From: Terrimicrobiaceae bacterium
GTDB lineage: Bacteria; Verrucomicrobiota; Verrucomicrobiia; Chthoniobacterales; Terrimicrobiaceae
Direction: 5' to 3'
Length of the DNA: 64,000 bases
Assembly: GCA_041752695.1 (NCBI GenBank)
Contig: JBGSVZ010000085.1
Span: 64,001 to 128,000, forward strand
The notes below the pieces were generated by a model. The model saw only the letters and a program-made list of their open reading frames with translations, was not told where the DNA came from and did no database searches. The position numbers and the translations under genes were made by a program. This document shows, in pieces, positions 59,638-64,000 of this stretch. Position 1 is the stretch's first letter. Every line of letters begins with the position of its first letter.

Positions 59638-60314
59638 GCGCCATCCTGATCATTGACGACGAACCACAGATCCGCCGGATGCTGCGTATCGTGCTCGAAT
59701 CCGCTGATCACAAAGTTCACGAAGCCGCCACGGGCCGCGAGGGCCTGGTCGAAGCCGCCTCGCGCCTCCCGGACGCCATCATCCTCGATCTCGGGTTGCC
59801 CGATCAGTCCGGCGCGGAAGTGTTGGCCCGCCTGCGCGAGTGGACGCAGACACCCGTGCTCATTCTCTCCGTGCAAGATTCCGGCGAGGACAAAGTCGCC
59901 GCCCTCGACGCCGGCGCGGACGATTACGTGACCAAACCTTTCAACTCCCAGGAACTCCTCGCCCGCCTGCGCGTCCTGCTTCGCCGCGTGCGGAATCCCG
60001 ACGAACCGGTACTTGAATGTGGTCCGCTGCAATTGGACATCGCCGGCCGCCTCGCCTGGGTCCATGGTCGGGAACTCGACCTCACGGCCACGGAATACGC
60101 CCTGCTGCGCGAACTGGCCCGCCATGCCGGAAAAATTGTCACCCACAAACACCTGCTCGCCACGGTTTGGGGGCCGAACGCCATTGAACAATCGCAATAC
60201 CTGCGCGTCTTCCTCAGCCACATCCGCAAAAAACTGGCCGAAGCGGGCTTTCCGGCGGAAGCCCTTCGCACCGAGACCGGAGTCGGCTATCGTTTGAACA
60301 CGCCCGGAGAATGA
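59634..60314 (+). CDS. kdpE: Response regulator KdpE
   Basis: IIDDE, LDLGLPD, GADDYVTKPF, OmpR-type TETGVGYR; coupled to kdpD. Confidence 0.95.
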   Translation: MSAILIIDDEPQIRRMLRIVLESADHKVHEAATGREGLVEAASRLPDAIILDLGLPDQSGAEVLARLREWTQTPVLILSVQDSGEDKVAALDAGADDYVTKPFNSQELLARLRVLLRRVRNPDEPVLECGPLQLDIAGRLAWVHGRELDLTATEYALLRELARHAGKIVTHKHLLATVWGPNAIEQSQYLRVFLSHIRKKLAEAGFPAEALRTETGVGYRLNTPGE

Positions 60315-61054
60315 ACCCGCCCGATCTGAACCGCCGCCTTGCCCAACGCCAAAAACCTCCCGGGTTTTCCGTTCTCTCCATGCGGTGGGAGAGCCTGCTT
60401 TTTCTCCACTGGCAGCGGGACCCCGCGGAGATTCAAAAAACGCTGCCTCCGGGACTTTTTGTGGACACGTTCGAAGGTCAGGCCTGGCTGGCGGTGGTCC
60501 CGTTTTTCATGCGCCGGGTGCATCCGCGGGGATTGCCCTGCGTGCCGTGGTTGTCGGATTTTCTGGAACTCAACGTCCGCACGTATGTCTTTGACGAACG
60601 CGGTGTCCCCGGCGTGTGGTTTTATTCCCTGCTCTGCGACCAACCCATCGCGGTCGAACTGGCCCGGCGATTGTTCCATCTGAACTATCTCCACGCCCGC
60701 CTTCGCGCCGGCGGTGCGCCAGGGAGTGTCGCGGAATTTTCCTGGGAAGAACCCGGTCGCGAACCGGCGGAGTTCCGCGGCACCGAACTCAGAGCCTACG
60801 CGCTCGCGCCGACCGGGAGTTTGGAGTTTTTCCTGGTGGAACGATACATTCTGTTTTCCGCCAGCCCGAGCGGCCGGATCCACGCCGGTGCGGTCCACCA
60901 CGCCCCCTACGCCATCGCTCCTGCCGCCGCCTCGTCCTGGAGTTTCCGCCCGGCGGCGTCGCTCGGGTTCCCGGATTCGCAGCGTCCGCCCGACCATGCT
61001 TTGCTTGCCCGACCCGTGGCAGTAAACGCCTGGCCCATCCGGCGCGTTGGTTGA
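60311..61054 (+). CDS. YqjF/DUF2071 family protein
   Basis: WESLLFLHW, VVPFFM, FLELNVRTYV, PGVWFYSL, FLVERY. Confidence 0.88.
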   Translation: MNPPDLNRRLAQRQKPPGFSVLSMRWESLLFLHWQRDPAEIQKTLPPGLFVDTFEGQAWLAVVPFFMRRVHPRGLPCVPWLSDFLELNVRTYVFDERGVPGVWFYSLLCDQPIAVELARRLFHLNYLHARLRAGGAPGSVAEFSWEEPGREPAEFRGTELRAYALAPTGSLEFFLVERYILFSASPSGRIHAGAVHHAPYAIAPAAASSWSFRPAASLGFPDSQRPPDHALLARPVAVNAWPIRRVG

Positions 61055-61101
61055 GTCGATTGCGGATTGCGAGAGGCGCCTCGGGTATTCTATCCTGCGC
61101 A

Positions 61102-62628
61102 ATGCGTCGCCTTTCCGTCCTCCTGTCCCTGGCTGCCCTCCCGGCCTTCGCCGCAGAACCGACCCTCAGCATGGACCGGGTCCGGGCCGCCGTGACGGAA
61201 CTGGAAAAATTCACCCTCACCGAGATGTCGGCCACGGGAATTCCCGGAGTCGCAATTGCCGTGGTGTTCCAGGATGAAGTCATCTTTGCCAAAGGCTTCG
61301 GGGTTCGGGAGGTGGGCAAAAAGGATCCCGTCGATGCGGATACCGTTTTTCTCCTCGCCTCCGTCTCCAAACCCATCGGCACCACCGTCGTCGCCGCCAC
61401 CGTCGGCGACGACAAGGTTTCTTGGGACTCGCGCATCAGCGATCTTGATCCCGGCTTCGCCCTGTCCGAACCATGGGTCACCCGCGAAATCACGGTGCGG
61501 GATCTCTACGCCCACCGCAGTGGACTGCCCGATCATGCGGGAGACTTGCTGGAGGACATCGGATTTTCCCGCGCCGAAGTGCTCCACCGCCTGCGCTACC
61601 AGCAGCCGAACAGTAGCTTCCGGTCGGCCTACGCCTACACGAACTTCGGCCTTACCCAGGCCGCGGTCGCCGTCGCCCGAGCCGCGGGAAAATCGTGGGA
61701 CGACCTTTCGGAAGAGCGGCTTTATCGTCCGCTCGGCATGACGTCCACCAGTTCACGCCATGCGGATTTTCTCGCCCGAAAAAATCGCGCCCTTGGCCAT
61801 GTCCTTGAAAATGGCCGGTGGGTGCAGAAGTTTCAACGCAACCCCGATGAACAAAGCCCCGCCGGCGGAGTCAGTTCCTCGGTCAACGACCTGACCAAAT
61901 GGATGCGGCTGCAACTGGCGGACGGCCACTGGGCGGGCCAGCCCCTCGTGGCCCAGGCGGCTCTGGCGGAAACCCACCACCCGCAAATCCTCACGGGGTT
62001 CAGTCACACCACAGGCCTGCCCACGTTTTACGGCCTGGGCTGGAATGTGAGTTACGACCCACAGGGGAGACTGCGTTTGTCGCACTCCGGCGCCTTTAGC
62101 ATGGGCGCGGCGACCGCGGTTTTTCTGGTGCCCGCGGAACGCCTTGGTGTGGTGATCCTGACGAACGCGGCACCCCTGGGCGTTGCCGAAGGCCTGGGCA
62201 TGACATTCCTTGATCAGGCCCTCTCGGGCGCTCCCACGGCGGACTGGCTCACCCTCTACAAAGGGGCCTTCGCCCAGATGGAAAAAGCCGACGCCGCGCG
62301 CATCGCGGACTACACGAAACTCCCTACGGCTCCCTCCCCGGCCGGACCCGCCGCCAGCTATCGCGGCACCTACTCCAACGAGGTCTTCGGGGAGATCACC
62401 ATCACGGAAAAGGACGGCACCCTCACCCTCGGCATGGGACCGAAGAACGCGCCCTATCCCCTGACCCATTGGGACCGCGATGTCTTCACCTACCCCAGCG
62501 CGAGCGAAACCTTCGTCGGCACTTCCGGAGTATTCTTCACCAGGGGCCCCGACGGACGAGCCACCAGCGCCATCGTGGAAAACCTCAACCGGCTGGGCAA
62601 CGGCACATTCCTGCGCAAGGCGGATTAA
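61102..62628 (+). CDS. Secreted serine hydrolase (beta-lactamase/PBP-like fold + DUF3471-like tail)
   Basis: Signal peptide; SVSK (SxxK), YTN (YxN), HSG triad; YRGTYSNEVFG tail domain. Confidence 0.9.
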   Translation: MRRLSVLLSLAALPAFAAEPTLSMDRVRAAVTELEKFTLTEMSATGIPGVAIAVVFQDEVIFAKGFGVREVGKKDPVDADTVFLLASVSKPIGTTVVAATVGDDKVSWDSRISDLDPGFALSEPWVTREITVRDLYAHRSGLPDHAGDLLEDIGFSRAEVLHRLRYQQPNSSFRSAYAYTNFGLTQAAVAVARAAGKSWDDLSEERLYRPLGMTSTSSRHADFLARKNRALGHVLENGRWVQKFQRNPDEQSPAGGVSSSVNDLTKWMRLQLADGHWAGQPLVAQAALAETHHPQILTGFSHTTGLPTFYGLGWNVSYDPQGRLRLSHSGAFSMGAATAVFLVPAERLGVVILTNAAPLGVAEGLGMTFLDQALSGAPTADWLTLYKGAFAQMEKADAARIADYTKLPTAPSPAGPAASYRGTYSNEVFGEITITEKDGTLTLGMGPKNAPYPLTHWDRDVFTYPSASETFVGTSGVFFTRGPDGRATSAIVENLNRLGNGTFLRKAD

Positions 62629-62633
62629 CGAAA

Positions 62634-63998
62634 ATGTCTGCCCCTGCGGCCAGGTTGTGGTATTGGCTGCGCGCAGTGAAGTCTCTCTCTGCGCCGACCG
62701 CACGACCATTTCTGACCCTGCTCTGCCTGGGTGTGCTGTCCGGGTGCGCGGCATTCCGCCCCGAGCCCGCCGCAGACCTGTCCCGGCCGACCGGTGACGG
62801 CGCGCTGGCCCCGCTCACTGCCAGCGGACCCAAATCGCCCGCCCGGCTTCAATTGGAAGTGATGGATTTTTCCGACCGTTACGTGAACGGGATGTGGGCG
62901 GAGATTGACACCACCTTTGCCGGTGACCCCGACCGCGCGAAACGCGTCGCCGCCCTCTCCTGGAAACTGCGCTACGGCTCGGCCTCCATGGAAATCGCCA
63001 GCGGGGCCGATCCGCGCACCAACCTGCTCGACATGGCGATTTTTATTTCAGCCGGCGAATGGGCGCTCGACCGCTACTGGATTCCGGAGGTTTTCGGCGG
63101 CAAAGCGGATGGCCTGCGCCGCCACTATCGCGAGATGAACAAACTCGTCTGGGATCTGGTGGCCGACACGCTCACGGAAGAACAAACCCGGCTGCTGCGC
63201 TCCCTGGTTGATCAATGGATCGCGACCGACCCGAAGCAATTCGAAGTCTCGTCCATCCGATTTCGGAATCTCGAAGGGGTGAATCCCGAGGATTTCCGAA
63301 AGGAAAAATCCGCCCGCGGCCTCCTGGCCAGCGTGCGCCGCTGGCTGGGCGAGGTGAACACGTCCCTGCTCTTCGGCGAACGCGTGCTTTTTTACGTCGA
63401 ACGCACCCCCCGCATTCTCAACCAACAAACCGACCTCACCCTGGCGCAAATCGCCCACGATTTTCCCATCACCACCTTCCAACCCGATCTCAATCTCCTC
63501 ACCGGCTATCTCGACACCCTGCCCGAACGCCTCCAGGCCGGGATCGATGAAAATCCCTGGCTCGCCAACGACCTTCTTCCGGGCGTGGGAGCAACCATTG
63601 CCGACGCCCGACAACTTGTCACGAGCTCGACCGCACTCGTCGCCTCCGCCACGGAACTTTCCGCCAGCGTCAATGCCAGCGTGGATCGCCTTAACGCCCT
63701 CGCGGTCACCGCCGGACAATCCGGCGGCCCACCCATCGACTACCAGGCCACCCTCACCCAGGCCGTGACCGCGCTGTCCAAGCTCGACTCCAGCGTCGCC
63801 GGACTGAACCAACTCCTCGCGACCGACGACACCGGCGGATCCAAACTCTCCACCCTGGTCGACGGCCTCGACGGACGCACCGAAGCCATGCTCGACCGCG
63901 CCTTTGAACGCGCGCTCTGGCTGATGGGGCTGTTTTTCGCAGGGATCGCCCTGCTCCTCCTGCTGGCCCGCTTGTTGTTCCCGCGCAAATCTTCCTAA
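62634..63998 (+). CDS. Hypothetical lipoprotein with helical body and C-terminal TM helix
   Basis: Lipobox LSGC; terminal ALWLMGLFFAGIALLLLLARLLF followed by basic residues; start uncertain (ATG 62634 or GTG 62676). Confidence 0.75.
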   Translation: MSAPAARLWYWLRAVKSLSAPTARPFLTLLCLGVLSGCAAFRPEPAADLSRPTGDGALAPLTASGPKSPARLQLEVMDFSDRYVNGMWAEIDTTFAGDPDRAKRVAALSWKLRYGSASMEIASGADPRTNLLDMAIFISAGEWALDRYWIPEVFGGKADGLRRHYREMNKLVWDLVADTLTEEQTRLLRSLVDQWIATDPKQFEVSSIRFRNLEGVNPEDFRKEKSARGLLASVRRWLGEVNTSLLFGERVLFYVERTPRILNQQTDLTLAQIAHDFPITTFQPDLNLLTGYLDTLPERLQAGIDENPWLANDLLPGVGATIADARQLVTSSTALVASATELSASVNASVDRLNALAVTAGQSGGPPIDYQATLTQAVTALSKLDSSVAGLNQLLATDDTGGSKLSTLVDGLDGRTEAMLDRAFERALWLMGLFFAGIALLLLLARLLFPRKSS

Positions 63999-64000
63999 GA

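Noticed and set aside
61102..62628. Class C beta-lactamase resistance gene
   Set aside because: HSG rather than KTG triad, plus an extra C-terminal domain, fit a generic serine hydrolase; resistance cannot be inferred
1..64000. tRNA, rRNA, prophage, integrase or recognisable defence system
   Set aside because: None found by eye; tRNAscan-SE, Infernal and DefenseFinder would be needed to exclude them formally

Overview
A GC-rich bacterial chromosomal window, gene-dense, with no rRNA, tRNA, CRISPR array, integrase or transposase that I can support. Gene content and repeat types suggest Verrucomicrobiota (inference). The backbone is housekeeping: recN, speA-gcvT-gcvH-gcvP, gpmA, xth, rluE-like, mqnE-mqnA, rpe, tadA, queA, hemL and kdpABC-kdpDE with a KdpE-box-like site. 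Accessory segments are a di-heme oxidoreductase next to a DsbD/redoxin pair, a glycoside hydrolase + 2 AraC + PhyH cassette, and a 1193-aa secreted metzincin protease. Main observations: (1) The protease is followed by three tandem LuxR-HTH paralogues sharing an unassigned sensor domain, bracketed by CCCC-N7-GGGG palindromes. (2) A ~150-180 nt rod-like, 6S-RNA-like structure lies between a divergent ECF sigma factor and that protease. (3) A compact, divergent SRAP/YedK-like protein with a C-terminal clamp-type motif lies near xth. (4) Intergenic DNA carries nested small repeats: 9-nt-periodic palindromes, IS5-like MITEs carrying REP hairpins, a 60-bp insert, and a heptamer array inside dsbD. 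(5) speA has a +1 frameshift in a G7 run. No searches were run; all product calls come from motif recognition by eye.
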